A DNA stretch of 64,000 bases from an uncultured cyanobacterium (GCA_963719515.1 CAVRCJ010000013.1:1-64000); one strand, 5' to 3'; counted from the stretch's first letter, positions 20,510 to 32,286 are shown. Program-made: numbers and translations. Notes: generated by a model from the letters alone, not told the origin.

Positions 20510-21535
20510 ATGGTTCAAGAACGCGCGCTCCCTGTAATGTCCTCTTCCGCCTCCATTAGCCGGGAAGATGGATTTTTAGTCTACAGAGATATGGTACTGG
20601 GTCGGCTTTTTGAAGATCGGTGTGCAGAAATGTACTACCGGGGAAAGATGTTCGGATTTGTCCATCTTTACAACGGTCAAGAGGCCGTCTCTTCTGGCGT
20701 CATCAAAGCCATGCGCTCCGATGACTTTGTTTGCAGCACCTACCGAGACCACGTCCATGCCCTCAGCGCTGGCGTTCCCCCTCGCGAGGTCATGGCCGAG
20801 CTATTCGGCAAACAGACCGGCTGCAGTAAAGGGCGTGGCGGCTCAATGCACCTGTTCTCCTCGGAGCACAATCTTTTGGGCGGGTTTGCGTTTGTGGCCG
20901 AGGGAATTCCCGTGGGTACTGGCGCTGCGTTCCAGGCCAAGTACCGACGAGAGGCGCTAGGGGATGAGTCGGCAGACCAAGTAACGGCCTGCTTTTTCGG
21001 AGATGGGGCCTCCAATAACGGCCAGTTCTTCGAATGCCTCAACATGGCGGCCCTTTGGAAACTGCCCGTTATCTACGTCGTGGAGAACAACAAGTGGGCC
21101 ATCGGCATGGCTCACAACCGAGCCACCTCTCAACCCGAGATTTACAAAAAAGCCAGCGTCTTCGGCATGGCTGGGGTCGAGGTCGACGGGATGGATGTGC
21201 TTGCCGTTCGGGCAGTCGCTCAAGAGGCCGTGGCCCGCGCTCGCGCCGGTGAGGGGCCGACACTTATTGAAGCGCTTACCTACCGATTTCGGGGGCATTC
21301 CCTGGCTGACCCCGACGAGATGCGCTCCAAGGAAGAAAAAGATGCCTGGTTTGCGCGCGATCCCATTAAGCGCTTGGCAAGATACCTGGTAGAACAGGAG
21401 CTGGCCTCTGAGGAAGAGCTTAAGGAAATCGATCGCGAAATTCAGCAGACGATCGACGATGCAGTCAAGTTTGCGCAGGAAAGCCCAGATCCTCAGCCTG
21501 AAGACCTGTACCGCTACGTCTTTGCGGAAGATTAG
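20510..21535 (+). CDS. pdhA: Pyruvate dehydrogenase E1 alpha subunit
   Basis: [26 protein letters not shown] motif, [11 protein letters not shown]. Confidence 0.97.
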   Translation: MVQERALPVMSSSASISREDGFLVYRDMVLGRLFEDRCAEMYYRGKMFGFVHLYNGQEAVSSGVIKAMRSDDFVCSTYRDHVHALSAGVPPREVMAELFGKQTGCSKGRGGSMHLFSSEHNLLGGFAFVAEGIPVGTGAAFQAKYRREALGDESADQVTACFFGDGASNNGQFFECLNMAALWKLPVIYVVENNKWAIGMAHNRATSQPEIYKKASVFGMAGVEVDGMDVLAVRAVAQEAVARARAGEGPTLIEALTYRFRGHSLADPDEMRSKEEKDAWFARDPIKRLARYLVEQELASEEELKEIDREIQQTIDDAVKFAQESPDPQPEDLYRYVFAED

Positions 21536-21562
21536 CGCCCCTCTTATTCAGAGTGCCAAACC

Positions 21563-21820
21563 ATGGTTGACCGCAAACTATATGACACGGACTCTTATGT
21601 GCTGCTGCGATCGCAGCAGCCCGAGGAGTTTGTCAGCCGCGACGAGCTGCTGGAGCAGCTTCAAGCTGAACTCACTCGTCACCCGGAGTCGCGATCGCCT
21701 GACCTCTTACGGCTTGATACCGTAGAGGAACAGGCGGTTCAGCTTTTGGAGACTAGCTACGAGCTGGTGACAGGGCCGGGAAAATTTCTACAGTGGTATG
21801 CTGTACGCCTGGAAAAGTAG
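21563..21820 (+). CDS. crr7: Chlororespiratory reduction 7 (CRR7) family protein
   Basis: YVLL..PEEF and C-terminal LQWYAVRLEK. Confidence 0.82.
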   Translation: MVDRKLYDTDSYVLLRSQQPEEFVSRDELLEQLQAELTRHPESRSPDLLRLDTVEEQAVQLLETSYELVTGPGKFLQWYAVRLEK

Positions 21821-21882
21821 AGACCGGGCGCGCTCTATCCAGGCCGTTTCTCTGAGGTATTGCACCCTAATTGGGTACCGCT

Positions 21883-22443
21883 CTACTCCACAGGCTGACT
21901 CGGATCGCGAATCAGAGAAACTTTGACCATTTCCTCGTCAAAGGGCTCCACTTCTGCCCGAATAGCCGGCCCAAAGAACTTTTCTAGCTTTTCTCGCTTC
22001 TCCTTCCAAGCTTGGGCATCGATTAGCGGCGAGTAGAAGACCAGCACCAGGGTATAGGCCCCATCCACCTGGACCTCTCGAATAGAGGTCAAGATAGGAC
22101 GCTCGTCGTCCGTCGGGCTAAGGCCAAGGCGCTCTAGGGCCACATCTAGGTGAGCCTCCTGGCCGTAGCGATAGCGCGTCACGTCTTTCCTGACCTGCTC
22201 CTGTGTGGGCGTTGCCTGCTGCTTACGCAGCTCCAGCACCTCAGGAGAGGTCTCTGGGTCGACGGCGACAGGCTTCAGCTCCGCCGCTTTGAGCGCGAAT
22301 CCCCCTAGGAGAATTGGAACACCGTAGAAAAAACCTGCCAGGTTAAGGGTGGCATTGTCCATGAAGTAGGCGATAAATCCGACGACGGTCAAAACGCCGC
22401 CCACTAGAAGACCGAGGCTGCCAAGGGAGATTCGAGGTAACAT
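21883..22443 (-). CDS. DUF2854 family protein
   Basis: GFFYGVPILLGGFALKAAELKP, RKDVTRYRYGQEAHL, FFGP. Confidence 0.82.
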   Translation of the reverse strand: MLPRISLGSLGLLVGGVLTVVGFIAYFMDNATLNLAGFFYGVPILLGGFALKAAELKPVAVDPETSPEVLELRKQQATPTQEQVRKDVTRYRYGQEAHLDVALERLGLSPTDDERPILTSIREVQVDGAYTLVLVFYSPLIDAQAWKEKREKLEKFFGPAIRAEVEPFDEEMVKVSLIRDPSQPVE

Positions 22444-22675
22444 ATCAAAAAAGTATCCAAATCGGTTTGACGTTGCAGCGTGGGCCTAGTAAGGTTCTGC
22501 TGGTAGAGCGATTGCCCTAAGGGATTAGGGCAACTGCGCGCCCTATCGCCTACAAATCATTGGGCTTTCGGCCACAAGTGGTGTTCTAAGCGATAGGATC
22601 GACGCAGTGGAGCAGCTGTATCGCCGCTTGAAGCGACCACCCAAGCAAACATATTTACCCAAGGCTAATCTTGTT

Positions 22676-22852
22676 ATGGAACTCAGCAATTTGCAAGAGC
22701 GTATTCGTCTGGTGGAAGAGAAGCGTGAGTCGCTGGTGCGCCTCATGGAGCAGCCCGACCTGGGCACCCTGCGCATCGACGTTAACCAAGCGCTGGAAGA
22801 ACTTGACGATCTCCTTGACGAATTCAAGCAGACGTTCCCCGCCGCTTCCTAA
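22676..22852 (+). CDS. Small conserved coiled-coil protein
   Basis: QPDLGTLRIDVNQALEELDDL motif. ATG at 22676. Confidence 0.72.
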   Translation: MELSNLQERIRLVEEKRESLVRLMEQPDLGTLRIDVNQALEELDDLLDEFKQTFPAAS

Positions 22853-22927
22853 GCTGAGGCCGACTATCAGCTATCAGTGATACTGCCAGGGCGCAGGCTA
22901 TACGCCCTGCGCCCTAAACCCAACGGA

Positions 22928-23728
22928 TCAGGTGTCCGACGTCGAGGAGCGGCCAAAGAAAGGCGTCAAATACGCCACAACCGTTCCCAGCACAAACCCT
23001 GCCACGTTGCGCATCACCGGCAGCCAGTCTGACGTTCTTGTCACGATTGGGCCGATGCCGAAGGCCAAAAACAAAATGCCCCACAGCGGCGAAAAAATCA
23101 GCGCCCACTGCCAGGCGATCGCCTGACCTTCCTCACGGGGCTGGGCGGCAAATCCACAGATGACGCCGCCTAGGATAGAGGTAATTAGGGTCAAAATCCA
23201 CTGCTCCCGGGGAAGACCCGGTACGGCGCTACAGCCATTTTGACGAATGCAGTACTCGATAGACTCTAGAGCGCTCACAATTGAGCCATCCTCTCCGTTC
23301 TCCCGCACAAAGAACTGATTGCCGTAGCGCGTCTGTAGCTCTACCCAAAAGGTACGGGGCATCAGTTCGAAGAAGGCGTCACCAACGCTAAAGTTGAGCA
23401 GATTGCCACCGCGAGGGTCGGCGACTAGCATAACGCTGTGCTCATCTAGTCCCCAAAAAGCCTTCACGGCCCGCCCTGGCGTCTGGTCAAACTGGGTGAG
23501 TACCCGCAGCTTCCACCCCGTCTCTGTTTCAAAGTCGCTGAGCTGCTGGTCCAGCTTGTCCTGCTGCAGCGTTGCCAGGGAATCGGCAAGGTCGATGACG
23601 TTGGTTGGCGATATTGGCAGCAGCTCGGGGTTGTCAAAAGCCCAGGCTGGGGAGGAGATGATCCAAGTCATCAGCACTACTGCAGCGGCAAGCAGCCCAT
23701 GAACCAGAGGATGAGAGCGATCGCGCAT
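22928..23728 (-). CDS. TPM-domain membrane protein
   Basis: Signal peptide, VIDLA, ETGWKLRVLTQ, three C-terminal TM segments. Confidence 0.85.
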   Translation of the reverse strand: MRDRSHPLVHGLLAAAVVLMTWIISSPAWAFDNPELLPISPTNVIDLADSLATLQQDKLDQQLSDFETETGWKLRVLTQFDQTPGRAVKAFWGLDEHSVMLVADPRGGNLLNFSVGDAFFELMPRTFWVELQTRYGNQFFVRENGEDGSIVSALESIEYCIRQNGCSAVPGLPREQWILTLITSILGGVICGFAAQPREEGQAIAWQWALIFSPLWGILFLAFGIGPIVTRTSDWLPVMRNVAGFVLGTVVAYLTPFFGRSSTSDT

Positions 23729-23895
23729 AGAACTTAAAGGGGGTGACAGGAGATGGGTAGAAAGGCTGCAAGCTTGTCAGCACCGTTGTGAAACAATCCT
23801 GAAAAACTTGTTACACTCCTTAATCTAATATGAAGGCTGCTCAGAATGCAATTCTTCCAAGGGTAGGGCGATCCCCGAGGAACTCTGTAGAGGCG

Positions 23896-24423
23896 CTATG
23901 GAACTTCGATCTGCGCTTCGGCGGAGGCAGCTTCTGAGGCAGCTTCTGGCTCTGCAGCTTTGGTGCCCCTAGAGGAAGACGGCGGGGGGGCTTTAGCGGA
24001 GTGAGCCGAATTGGACAGGGGCGCGACTGAGCGGCGTACAGTCTCCGCGGGCGGCGTATACCCTTCGCTCAAAACTGCCCAGGCTGCCCTAGCGCCTGCC
24101 GTCAAACTCCGGCCAGTTCGCTTAGCCTGAACCGCCTGCTGCTTAACAAACGACACGCCTTGGTCAACCTGCTGCACAAGCCGTCCCGCTTTCTCCACGC
24201 TATCTCCCACTTCCTCGGTCAGCTCACCTAGCTCCTCCCCCGTCGCCTGCATTGCGTTCAGCAAAGGCGGCAGCTCTCGGTTGAGGGTGTCAAACAGTTT
24301 TTCAGCGCTTCTAGCCGCTCGCCCTAGCTCAATGACGGCAGGCAGGGCCACGACGAAGACCGCAGTGAGACTGACTGCGACTAAACCTAGAGATATTGCG
24401 AGCCAGGGGGTAGAATCTGTCAC
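23896..24423 (-). CDS. DUF948-like protein
   Basis: N-terminal TM segment, ELGRAARSAEKLFDTLNRELPP, coiled coil. Confidence 0.78.
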   Translation of the reverse strand: MTDSTPWLAISLGLVAVSLTAVFVVALPAVIELGRAARSAEKLFDTLNRELPPLLNAMQATGEELGELTEEVGDSVEKAGRLVQQVDQGVSFVKQQAVQAKRTGRSLTAGARAAWAVLSEGYTPPAETVRRSVAPLSNSAHSAKAPPPSSSRGTKAAEPEAASEAASAEAQIEVP

Positions 24424-24435
24424 AAAATACCTGCG

Positions 24436-24780
24436 TTAGTTCGAGTCTGATTTTGCAGGGGTGGCTACTGTTACTGGGTCAGACTGCGCGCGCTGCTCTC
24501 GCTGGCTGACCTCTAGCCCCACAGCGATCGCCTCTTTGAGCCGCAGCAGAGTGCTGTCCCAGTTTCTGAGCGCTGAGGTCGTCACCCGATCGGCGCTCAC
24601 CTGCACCGTATTAGAGAGGTCTTCTGCGAGGTCGGGCAAAGTATCGGCTGACTGCTTCAGCAGGCGGCGCGTTTCTCCCCCGGTCCGGGGAGCGGTCAGT
24701 AGGCTAGCGATCGCCCCCGCCGCCGCTCCCAGTAATAGCCCGCTTGCAAATGCAGCGGATCGTCCACCTTTATTTGCCAT
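24436..24780 (-). CDS. YtxH-domain protein
   Basis: GLLLGAAAG..LLTAPRTG.ETR. Confidence 0.85.
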   Translation of the reverse strand: MANKGGRSAAFASGLLLGAAAGAIASLLTAPRTGGETRRLLKQSADTLPDLAEDLSNTVQVSADRVTTSALRNWDSTLLRLKEAIAVGLEVSQREQRAQSDPVTVATPAKSDSN

Positions 24781-24911
24781 GGTTTAGTCTGTGTCGTTTG
24801 GCTTTGCCCCTATGCTATCTCAATCAAATCGGCGCGCCACTGCCACCCAGGCGGTCATTCAGATATCATTACAGGTGCATTTGCGCCCGGGACACCGGCC
24901 CGTGCCATCGC

Positions 24912-25259
24912 CTACTGCCGCGCCTTGCGGCGCTCGGTGCGGTGACTGGTGCGACGACCGGCGCGGTGACCGGTGCGGCGGCTAGCCGCTTGCCAGAGGC
25001 TGAGGAGCGTCAAGATCTGCTGAACCTGCTGCCACCGCTGCTTGAGCTGACCCAGCTGCTGCGCCGCCTGCTTAGAGGCTTCGGCTCCGGCCAGCAGAGC
25101 TTCTTTGGCCTGAGGCAAGTCCCGGGCCAGGTCGCGTTCGGTAGACTCAAGGGTATGGCTCAGTGCCGCCAGCGATCGCCGCCAAGAGACCGCTTGCCAG
25201 GCTAGCGCCAGCCCGGCCATCGAGATAAGGCTATTGATGACGATAATCAGAATGGTCAT
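24912..25259 (-). CDS. Hypothetical membrane-anchored protein
   Basis: N-terminal TM segment and coiled coil. Co-oriented with ytxH. Confidence 0.6.
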   Translation of the reverse strand: MTILIIVINSLISMAGLALAWQAVSWRRSLAALSHTLESTERDLARDLPQAKEALLAGAEASKQAAQQLGQLKQRWQQVQQILTLLSLWQAASRRTGHRAGRRTSHRTERRKARQ

Positions 25260-25306
25260 GATGGCGGAAATTCTACCGAACTTTTCTTTATCGAATCTTT
25301 AGATAG

Positions 25307-26245
25307 ATGCCAAATTTAGCAGCGTTACCAATCGATGTCGCCCCCTTTACGGAACCCGACTCTATCCACCTCCTCCAGCGAATCCAAACTCGCCCCATCG
25401 AGACGTCCTTTAGCGATCGCCCCATCGAGACGGCGTTTGTCCATTGGCCAGCGCGATCGCCTCAGCAAGGTTCGGAGCCGGGTCAGCCTTCCCCCCCTTT
25501 CCTGCTGCTGCACGGGTTTGACAGCTCACTGGTCGAATTCCGTCGGCTAATGCCGCTGCTGGCAGCGCACCGAGACGTCTGGGCCGTTGACCTGCTGGGG
25601 TTTGGGTTTACCGAGCGGCAGCTCAATATACCCTACAACGCTGCCAGCATCAAACAGCACCTGCAGGCCACCTGGAAGGCGCTGATCAACCGTCCGGTGG
25701 TGCTTGTGGGGGCTTCGATGGGGGGGGTGGCCGCTATGGATTTTGCCCTTACCCATGCCGATAGCGTCGAAGAAATAGTTTTGCTCGACAGCGTGGGGGC
25801 AGCCAAAGGTCCTAATCTGAGCCGCTTTCTACCCTCAGCGGTGGGGCAGCTCGCAGCAGGAATTCTGCGCAATCCCCGGGTGCGCCAGCGCATCAGCCGC
25901 CAAGCCTATTTCGACCCGTCTTTTGCCTCTGCAGATGCCGCTCGCTGCGCTGCCCTGCATCTGAGCTGCCCCAACTGGCGCGGTGCCCTGGCTGAGTTTA
26001 CCCGCAGCGGGGGGTACAACGTTTTGACCCGGCGTCAAATCGCTCAGATTGACCAACCGACGCTGATTTTGTGGGGTAAGGATGACGCTATCTTGGGGAC
26101 GAAGACGGCCAATGACCTCTGCAGCTTGATTCCCCACAGCGAGCTTGTGTGGATCGATCGCTGCGGCCATGTTCCCCATTTAGAAAAGCCTGCCGCCGTT
26201 GCCGAGCAGATTGCTGGGCGCATGTCCTGCGAGGCTCTCTCCTAA
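25307..26245 (+). CDS. Alpha/beta-fold hydrolase
   Basis: LLHGFDS, DLLGFG, GASMGG, WGKDD, GHVPH. Confidence 0.9.
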   Translation: MPNLAALPIDVAPFTEPDSIHLLQRIQTRPIETSFSDRPIETAFVHWPARSPQQGSEPGQPSPPFLLLHGFDSSLVEFRRLMPLLAAHRDVWAVDLLGFGFTERQLNIPYNAASIKQHLQATWKALINRPVVLVGASMGGVAAMDFALTHADSVEEIVLLDSVGAAKGPNLSRFLPSAVGQLAAGILRNPRVRQRISRQAYFDPSFASADAARCAALHLSCPNWRGALAEFTRSGGYNVLTRRQIAQIDQPTLILWGKDDAILGTKTANDLCSLIPHSELVWIDRCGHVPHLEKPAAVAEQIAGRMSCEALS

Positions 26246-26361
26246 AGTCCTGGCGCAGCCCGATGGATTTTGCTGCCTGGATTGCCCTACCCTAGTAGGG
26301 CGTCGCCCCGTAAGCTGAACCGTCAGCAAGCCACACCATCAGCCCCCTACTCCTCTTTGCC

Positions 26362-28113
26362 ATGCAATCCACTTTGGCCTACCTCACCCACCAGCTCCAG
26401 AGCGCTCTTGTGGCGGCCTTTGGCGAAGCGCTGGCGGGCAGCGACCCGATACTGGTGCCCGCTAACCCCAAGTTTGCCGACTACCAGGCCAACGTAGCGA
26501 TGTCGCTCGCCAAGCCCCTCAAGCAAAAGCCTAGGGCGATCGCCGAAGCGATTGTGGCTCACTTAGAGGTTGATGAGGTGTGCGAGCCGCCAGAGGTGGC
26601 GGGACCAGGATTCATCAACCTAAAGCTGACGACGGACTATCTCCAGCGGCAGCTGCAGGCAATGCACCAGGATGAGCGCCTGGGGGTGCCCGCAGCCCAA
26701 AATCCTCAGCGGGTGATTGTGGACTTCTCTAGCCCCAACATTGCCAAAGAGATGCACGTCGGCCATCTGCGCTCTACGATTATTGGCGATGCGATCGCCC
26801 GAGCTTTGGAGTTTCGCCAGCACGAGGTGCGGCGGCTCAACCACGTGGGGGACTGGGGAACTCAGTTTGGCATGCTGATTACCCAGCTCCGGGAGGTTTG
26901 CCCCGAGGCGCTGGTGTCGTCCGACGCCATTGACCTAGGGGATTTAGTGGCGTTTTACCGGCAGGCCAAAGCCCGCTTCGATGAAGACGAGGCGTTCCAG
27001 CAGCGATCGCGACAGGCGGTGGTAGAGCTGCAGTCAGGGAATGAAGAGGCGCGCCGGGCCTGGCAGCTCCTGTGTGAGCAGTCGCGCCGCGAGTTTCAAA
27101 AAATCTACCAGCGGCTCGATATTCAGATTACAGAGCGGGGAGAGTCGTTCTACAATCCGCTGCTGGCGGACGTGGTGAGCGATCTCGCTGTCACTGGGCT
27201 GCTGGTAGAAGATCAAGGGGCGCAGGTGGTATTTCTAGAGGGGTTCACCAATAAAGAAGGCAAGCCCCAGCCGCTGATCGTCCAAAAGTCGGGCGGGGGG
27301 TTCAACTACGCCACCACTGACCTAGCGGCGATTCGCTATCGCCTCAAAGAAGACGGCGCGGAGCGGGTGGTCTACGTCACCGATGCGGGGCAGGCCAACC
27401 ACTTTGCTCAGGTCTTCCAGGTCGCGCGGCGGGCGGGATGGCTTCCACAGGAAATCGACGTTGTCCATGTGCCCTTTGGCGTCGTGCAGGACGAGCAGGG
27501 CAAAAAATTTAAGACTCGTTCAGGGGAGATGGTGCGTCTCAAAGATTTGCTGGATGAGGCCGTGAGGCGATCGCGGGCGGCGCTAGAGGCGCGTCTGCAG
27601 CAGGAAGAGCGCCAGGAGAGCGAGGCGTTTATCGCTCACGTTTCTGAGGTAGTAGGCATCAGCGCCGTTAAGTATGCCGACCTCAGCCAAAACCGTACCA
27701 GCAACTACATCTTCAGCTTTGACAAAATGCTCTCTCTCCAGGGCAACACGGCCCCCTACATGCTTTACGCCTACGTCCGGGTCCAGGGCATCAGCCGTAA
27801 AGGCGACATTGACTTTGACGCCCTAGAGACCACAGCGATCCAGCTAGACAGCGAGCCCGAGCAGGTGCTGGCTAAAGCGCTCCTCCAGTTTGAGGACGTC
27901 GTCGTTGAAGTAGAGCAGGGGCTACTGCCTAACCGACTTTGCCAGTATCTGTTTGAGCTGAGCCAGAAGTTCAATCAGTTCTACGATCGCTGCTCGGTTC
28001 TGCAGGCCGAGGAGCCCCAGCGCACCTCTAGGCTACTGCTGTGCGATACGACGGCCCGCACCATCAAGCAGGGCCTGTCGCTGCTGGGAATACCGGTTCT
28101 AGAGCGCATGTAG
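26362..28113 (+). CDS. argS: Arginine--tRNA ligase
   Basis: [27 protein letters not shown]-terminal ERM. Confidence 0.98.
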   Translation: MQSTLAYLTHQLQSALVAAFGEALAGSDPILVPANPKFADYQANVAMSLAKPLKQKPRAIAEAIVAHLEVDEVCEPPEVAGPGFINLKLTTDYLQRQLQAMHQDERLGVPAAQNPQRVIVDFSSPNIAKEMHVGHLRSTIIGDAIARALEFRQHEVRRLNHVGDWGTQFGMLITQLREVCPEALVSSDAIDLGDLVAFYRQAKARFDEDEAFQQRSRQAVVELQSGNEEARRAWQLLCEQSRREFQKIYQRLDIQITERGESFYNPLLADVVSDLAVTGLLVEDQGAQVVFLEGFTNKEGKPQPLIVQKSGGGFNYATTDLAAIRYRLKEDGAERVVYVTDAGQANHFAQVFQVARRAGWLPQEIDVVHVPFGVVQDEQGKKFKTRSGEMVRLKDLLDEAVRRSRAALEARLQQEERQESEAFIAHVSEVVGISAVKYADLSQNRTSNYIFSFDKMLSLQGNTAPYMLYAYVRVQGISRKGDIDFDALETTAIQLDSEPEQVLAKALLQFEDVVVEVEQGLLPNRLCQYLFELSQKFNQFYDRCSVLQAEEPQRTSRLLLCDTTARTIKQGLSLLGIPVLERM

Positions 28114-28590
28114 CTCAGGCGAGACGAGGCGCTGCCCCAGGCCCCTATGGGAAAACACGGATGCTGGTAAATGCAACTGTGGGATAAAGTTGTGCGTATA
28201 CGGGCCTTAGCTGGCTTTAGAGGCTGTTAGCGCTAGTTTAAGGTCGAATATCGTCTAATTAGTCGCCCGATTGCTAAAGTTTAGCGGACCGATAGAGCTT
28301 GGCTCTGAAGGGTCTACGTACGGCCCCGAAAGTGCCAGTGCGGAGGGGTCTTATCGCTCAGTGTTAACCTATATTTATCTATATCTATAGGAGAGTGATT
28401 AAGGCTTAGCTCTTAGCAGACTCTAATCTCTGAAGATCCCTAATCAACGTCACTAGTTTAGACATTTCGATAGGATTCACATCGAATCTAAATCCAATCC
28501 TCTCTAAAATCTGCTGAAATAGAATTAAAGCATCGCAGGGAATACACATCTACCACCATTTCCGTGTGTTCTTCATCCCTAGGTTGACCC

Positions 28591-30600
28591 GTGGTTAGCT
28601 CTGATACCGCCATCTCGGATACGAAGCTATTCGAACTCGATCCTCAGGTTTTGCTGGGAGGTCGATACCAAATCATTAAGCAACTGGCTGAAGGAACCTT
28701 TGGCCATACCTATTTAGCCCGCGATTGGCACCTGCCCGATCACCCCATCTGCGTCATCAAGCAGCTTAAGCCGCAGTCAAACGGTGAAGAGATGAAGACG
28801 GCGCGGCGGCTGTTTGATTCAGAGGCCCGAGCGCTGTATGCCCTCGGCTCCCACGGTCAAATTCCGCATCTTCTAGCCCATTTCGAGGAGAGCGACGAGT
28901 TTTTCCTAGTTCAGGAATACATTAAAGGGCGATCGCTGTGCAATGAAATCGTCACGGGAACCCCCTGGAACGAATCCCGAGTCATTGCGCTAGTCGAAGA
29001 AATTCTCGAGGTGCTGAGCTTTGTCCATCATCAGCAGGTCATTCACCGCGACATTAAGCCCGCTAATCTAATCCGCCGCTACAGCGACGGCAAAATCGTT
29101 TTGATCGACTTTGGAGCGGTCAAACTGGCCAGCACCGCGTTTTCTCACCCCGAGCCAGGAGAAACCGAGCTCACGATTGCCATCGGCACAGCAGGCTATA
29201 TTCCCAAAGAGCAAGTGGGCGGCAGACCCCGCTACAGCAGCGACGTCTACTCAACCGGTATCGTGGGACTCCAAGCGCTGACGGGAATATCGCCTCAGCA
29301 GTTTGCTGAAGATCGCTGGTCGGGCGAACTTGAGTGGCACGGCCTTGCGCCCCACGTCAGCCCAGAGTTTGCCCAGGTGCTCGACCGGATGACCCGCTAC
29401 GACTTTCGCGATCGCTACGCCGATGCCGCCGCCGCCCTCAGCGACCTGCGACAGCTGCCGATGCACCTCCGGCAGTCGCCGCCGCCGCTGCCGGGGCTGG
29501 CCGAGCCTTCAATGCTGCCGCTCAATGGCGCTCCGCTGCCGCCGACGGTGGTTCACGGCGATCACCCTCCCTTATCATCTCCCCCCTCGGCTCAATCCAC
29601 CGGGGCGATCGCCGCCAATCAAGCAGCCGCGACGGTGATCAACTTAAACCAGCGGTCTTCTCCGCCTACGCCCCCTGTTGTTCTGCCGACAGTGGCCTCT
29701 AAAGCAGGGCAGCTTCAGTCCGGGCCGCATCAGCCAGCAGCTCAATCTCCGAAATTTCGCCAGCTGACAGGGAATCCGCTCCAGCGCCCAGCTGTGCCGG
29801 GCCCTTCGCGCCGAGCCGCATCGCCTCTATCGGAAGCGGGCAAAAAGCGCTCCTATAGGCCAAACCTATCCGCACTATCTACAGAGCGGTTCACCGGTCA
29901 GTGGCTCCACGAGTTGGCGACGTTAGCCCGGTGGCAGCTGTCCCACTGGCGTCAAAAACGGCTGCATCTTTGGTATTTAACGGCGGTTGCGGGGCTAATT
30001 TCGGGGTTTGCGGCGCTGCCCCTAGTCGCCCGACAGCCGCTGTCGGGCGCTGCCAGCAATATCGATACCGACGATCTGCTGGCTTCGGCAGAGCTACTCA
30101 TCCAGCAGGTGCCCATTGGCGAGTCGCTCAACTCTAACGCTTCTCTACGGCTCGGACAGCTCATCAGCGAAGCGATAAAGCTAGAGCGCGACGGACGCTC
30201 TGCAGAAGCGCTAGACGCCTACAGCACAGCCCTAACTATCGATTCTACAAACCTCGAGGCCCTTTGGGGCCGCTGCAAGATGCTCAACGCCCTCGACCAA
30301 GGTGAAATGGCGTTAGAGGCCTGCAATGACCTGCTTGCGGTCAGCGCCTCAGATCCGGTGGGGCTGTGGGGAATTGCCGAGGCCAACAGCACCATGCAGC
30401 TATACGATAAAGCGCTGGACCTCTTTAATCAGGCGTTAGACCAACATCCAGAGTTTGCCCCCCTATGGAAAGGCCGCGCTGAGCTGCTGTGGTCTTTAGG
30501 GGACGATGATGCGGCGATCGCCTCCCTTGAGCGGGCGCTGGCGGTGCAGCCAGACTATAAAGAAGCCCTAGCGCTACGGCAGGCTTGGCTCGGGTTTTAG
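28591..30600 (+). CDS. Ser/Thr protein kinase with Pro-rich linker, TM segment and C-terminal TPRs
   Basis: GTFG, CVIKQ, HRDIKPAN, DFG, TPR repeats. Confidence 0.9.
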   Translation: MVSSDTAISDTKLFELDPQVLLGGRYQIIKQLAEGTFGHTYLARDWHLPDHPICVIKQLKPQSNGEEMKTARRLFDSEARALYALGSHGQIPHLLAHFEESDEFFLVQEYIKGRSLCNEIVTGTPWNESRVIALVEEILEVLSFVHHQQVIHRDIKPANLIRRYSDGKIVLIDFGAVKLASTAFSHPEPGETELTIAIGTAGYIPKEQVGGRPRYSSDVYSTGIVGLQALTGISPQQFAEDRWSGELEWHGLAPHVSPEFAQVLDRMTRYDFRDRYADAAAALSDLRQLPMHLRQSPPPLPGLAEPSMLPLNGAPLPPTVVHGDHPPLSSPPSAQSTGAIAANQAAATVINLNQRSSPPTPPVVLPTVASKAGQLQSGPHQPAAQSPKFRQLTGNPLQRPAVPGPSRRAASPLSEAGKKRSYRPNLSALSTERFTGQWLHELATLARWQLSHWRQKRLHLWYLTAVAGLISGFAALPLVARQPLSGAASNIDTDDLLASAELLIQQVPIGESLNSNASLRLGQLISEAIKLERDGRSAEALDAYSTALTIDSTNLEALWGRCKMLNALDQGEMALEACNDLLAVSASDPVGLWGIAEANSTMQLYDKALDLFNQALDQHPEFAPLWKGRAELLWSLGDDDAAIASLERALAVQPDYKEALALRQAWLGF

Positions 30601-30623
30601 CGGCGTGGCCCTTGGGAGTGGGT

Positions 30624-32009
30624 TCAAGAGAGCACCTTACAGAGCTGACGAAAATGCTCCCCTCGGTGCTCGAAGCTGCGATATTGATCAAAGCTGGCGC
30701 AGGCGGGGGAGAGCAGCACCGTCTTAGCCTGATGTGCTTGGGCGAGGGTAGCCGCTAGCGGCACGGCAACATCGAGAGTAGATACCGGCTTATAGGTGGC
30801 GTAGCCGATTTGGTCGAAGCGCTGAGCGAAGGCGGCAGTGGCGTCGCCGATCAGCAGCACAAAGGCCGCCTTCGCCTGAATTTGAGCCAGCCAGGGCTCG
30901 TCGTGGCCCGCTTTGGGGTCTCCCCCAGCAATCAGGATGACTGGCCCAGGCACCGACCGCAGCCCCACCTCGGCGGCGTCATAGTTGGTTGCCTTGCTGT
31001 CATTGATGAAATCGATGCCCTGCCAGCAGACAATCTGCTCTAGGCGGTGGGGCACCCCGGGGAATGTTTTCACCCCACGGGCGATCGCTTCTGGGTCGAG
31101 CCCTGCCAGCCGAGCGGCGGCCACGGCCATGAGCAAATTTTGCAAGTTGTGGTCGCCCCGCATGCGCAGCGCATCTGCTGGCACAATCTTGACGCCTTGA
31201 ACCCAAACCCAGCCATCCTTAAGGTAGGCCATCGGGGCCATTGGGTCTGCTGGCGCGCCTTCCTCACTCGCCGATGGAGTCTGCTCAACCTGAGTCCAGT
31301 AGGCCTGCGGCCAGTCCGCAGGTTGCTCCTGAAGGTAGCCGTCATCTCCGTTGAGGATGGCGTGCTTAGAGCGCTTCAGCAGCCGGGCTTTGATGCGGTA
31401 GTAGCGGTCGAGGGTTGTGTGGCGGCTGAGGTGGTCAGGGGTGAAGGTGGTCCACAGGCCAATATGGGGAGCTAGGCTAGGAGATGCTTCAATCTGATAG
31501 CTGCTGACCTCCGCGATAATCCACTGGGGCGATCGCTTTGCCGTCAGCACCTCCAGTGCGACCTCGCAAGCGGCGTGGCCGATGTTGCCACAGGCCGGTG
31601 CCCAGCAGTCGGCTGCCTTAAAAATATTGGCCAGTAGGGAGGTCACCGTCGTTTTGCCGTTGGTTCCGGTAACGGCAATCCAGGGAATAGTGGACAGCGC
31701 TTGCCACGCCAGCTCCATCTCTCCCATGACGTCGATACCCAGAGCTCTAGCCTGCACCAGGGCAGCGCTATCCCACGGCACCCCCGGACTGACGACGATC
31801 CGGGCTACGGTACGGGCCATATCGGCATCAGGCGCGAGAGACTGGCCCAGCTGTACCGCAATACCCTGCGCCTCCAAGGTTTGCTTAGTGTGCTGCAGCG
31901 CCTCCGAATCGCCGCGATCGCTCACGGCGACCTGCCAGCCCTGATGGCTCAGCAGCCGGGCGGCGGCGATGCCAGATTTTCCTAGACCGATAACAATCGC
32001 TTGTGGCAT
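30624..32009 (-). CDS. murD: UDP-MurNAc-L-Ala--D-Glu ligase
   Basis: GLGKSG, SPG, GTNGKTT, NDSKATN, SPACASFDQ. Confidence 0.97.
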   Translation of the reverse strand: MPQAIVIGLGKSGIAAARLLSHQGWQVAVSDRGDSEALQHTKQTLEAQGIAVQLGQSLAPDADMARTVARIVVSPGVPWDSAALVQARALGIDVMGEMELAWQALSTIPWIAVTGTNGKTTVTSLLANIFKAADCWAPACGNIGHAACEVALEVLTAKRSPQWIIAEVSSYQIEASPSLAPHIGLWTTFTPDHLSRHTTLDRYYRIKARLLKRSKHAILNGDDGYLQEQPADWPQAYWTQVEQTPSASEEGAPADPMAPMAYLKDGWVWVQGVKIVPADALRMRGDHNLQNLLMAVAAARLAGLDPEAIARGVKTFPGVPHRLEQIVCWQGIDFINDSKATNYDAAEVGLRSVPGPVILIAGGDPKAGHDEPWLAQIQAKAAFVLLIGDATAAFAQRFDQIGYATYKPVSTLDVAVPLAATLAQAHQAKTVLLSPACASFDQYRSFEHRGEHFRQLCKVLS

Positions 32010-32134
32010 GAACGAACTTCAGGACTCATAACAAATTTCAGGCGTTTGAGCGTAAGGCGTCAGCTGGCGAAGGCAGTGCAGGAGACCGACGACAGCTCGG
32101 AAGCCTTGCTTATCTCAAGCATAAGCCTCTGACA

Positions 32135-32270
32135 GATTGTATCGGTACCGGAGAATCTTCTCTAAAATAAAAATCATTCAGTGGGCCGTTATCAGCACCG
32201 CCACTCCCGCTACCGCTAGCATCAGCCCAGCAGGCCACCGATGACGCCCGATATCAGCGATGACTCGCTG
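32135..32270 (-). pseudogene. Decayed duplicate of the TMEM14 gene 3' part plus its 3' flank
   Basis: Encodes ..SSLISGVIG / PAGLMLAVAGVAVLITAH* versus SRPSLIAGVG / PAGLMLAAGVLALVLMTA in 37599-37904. 32135-32180 aligns with 36160-36204. Confidence 0.78.
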
Positions 32271-32286
32271 CAGAGCCGCCAGCGCT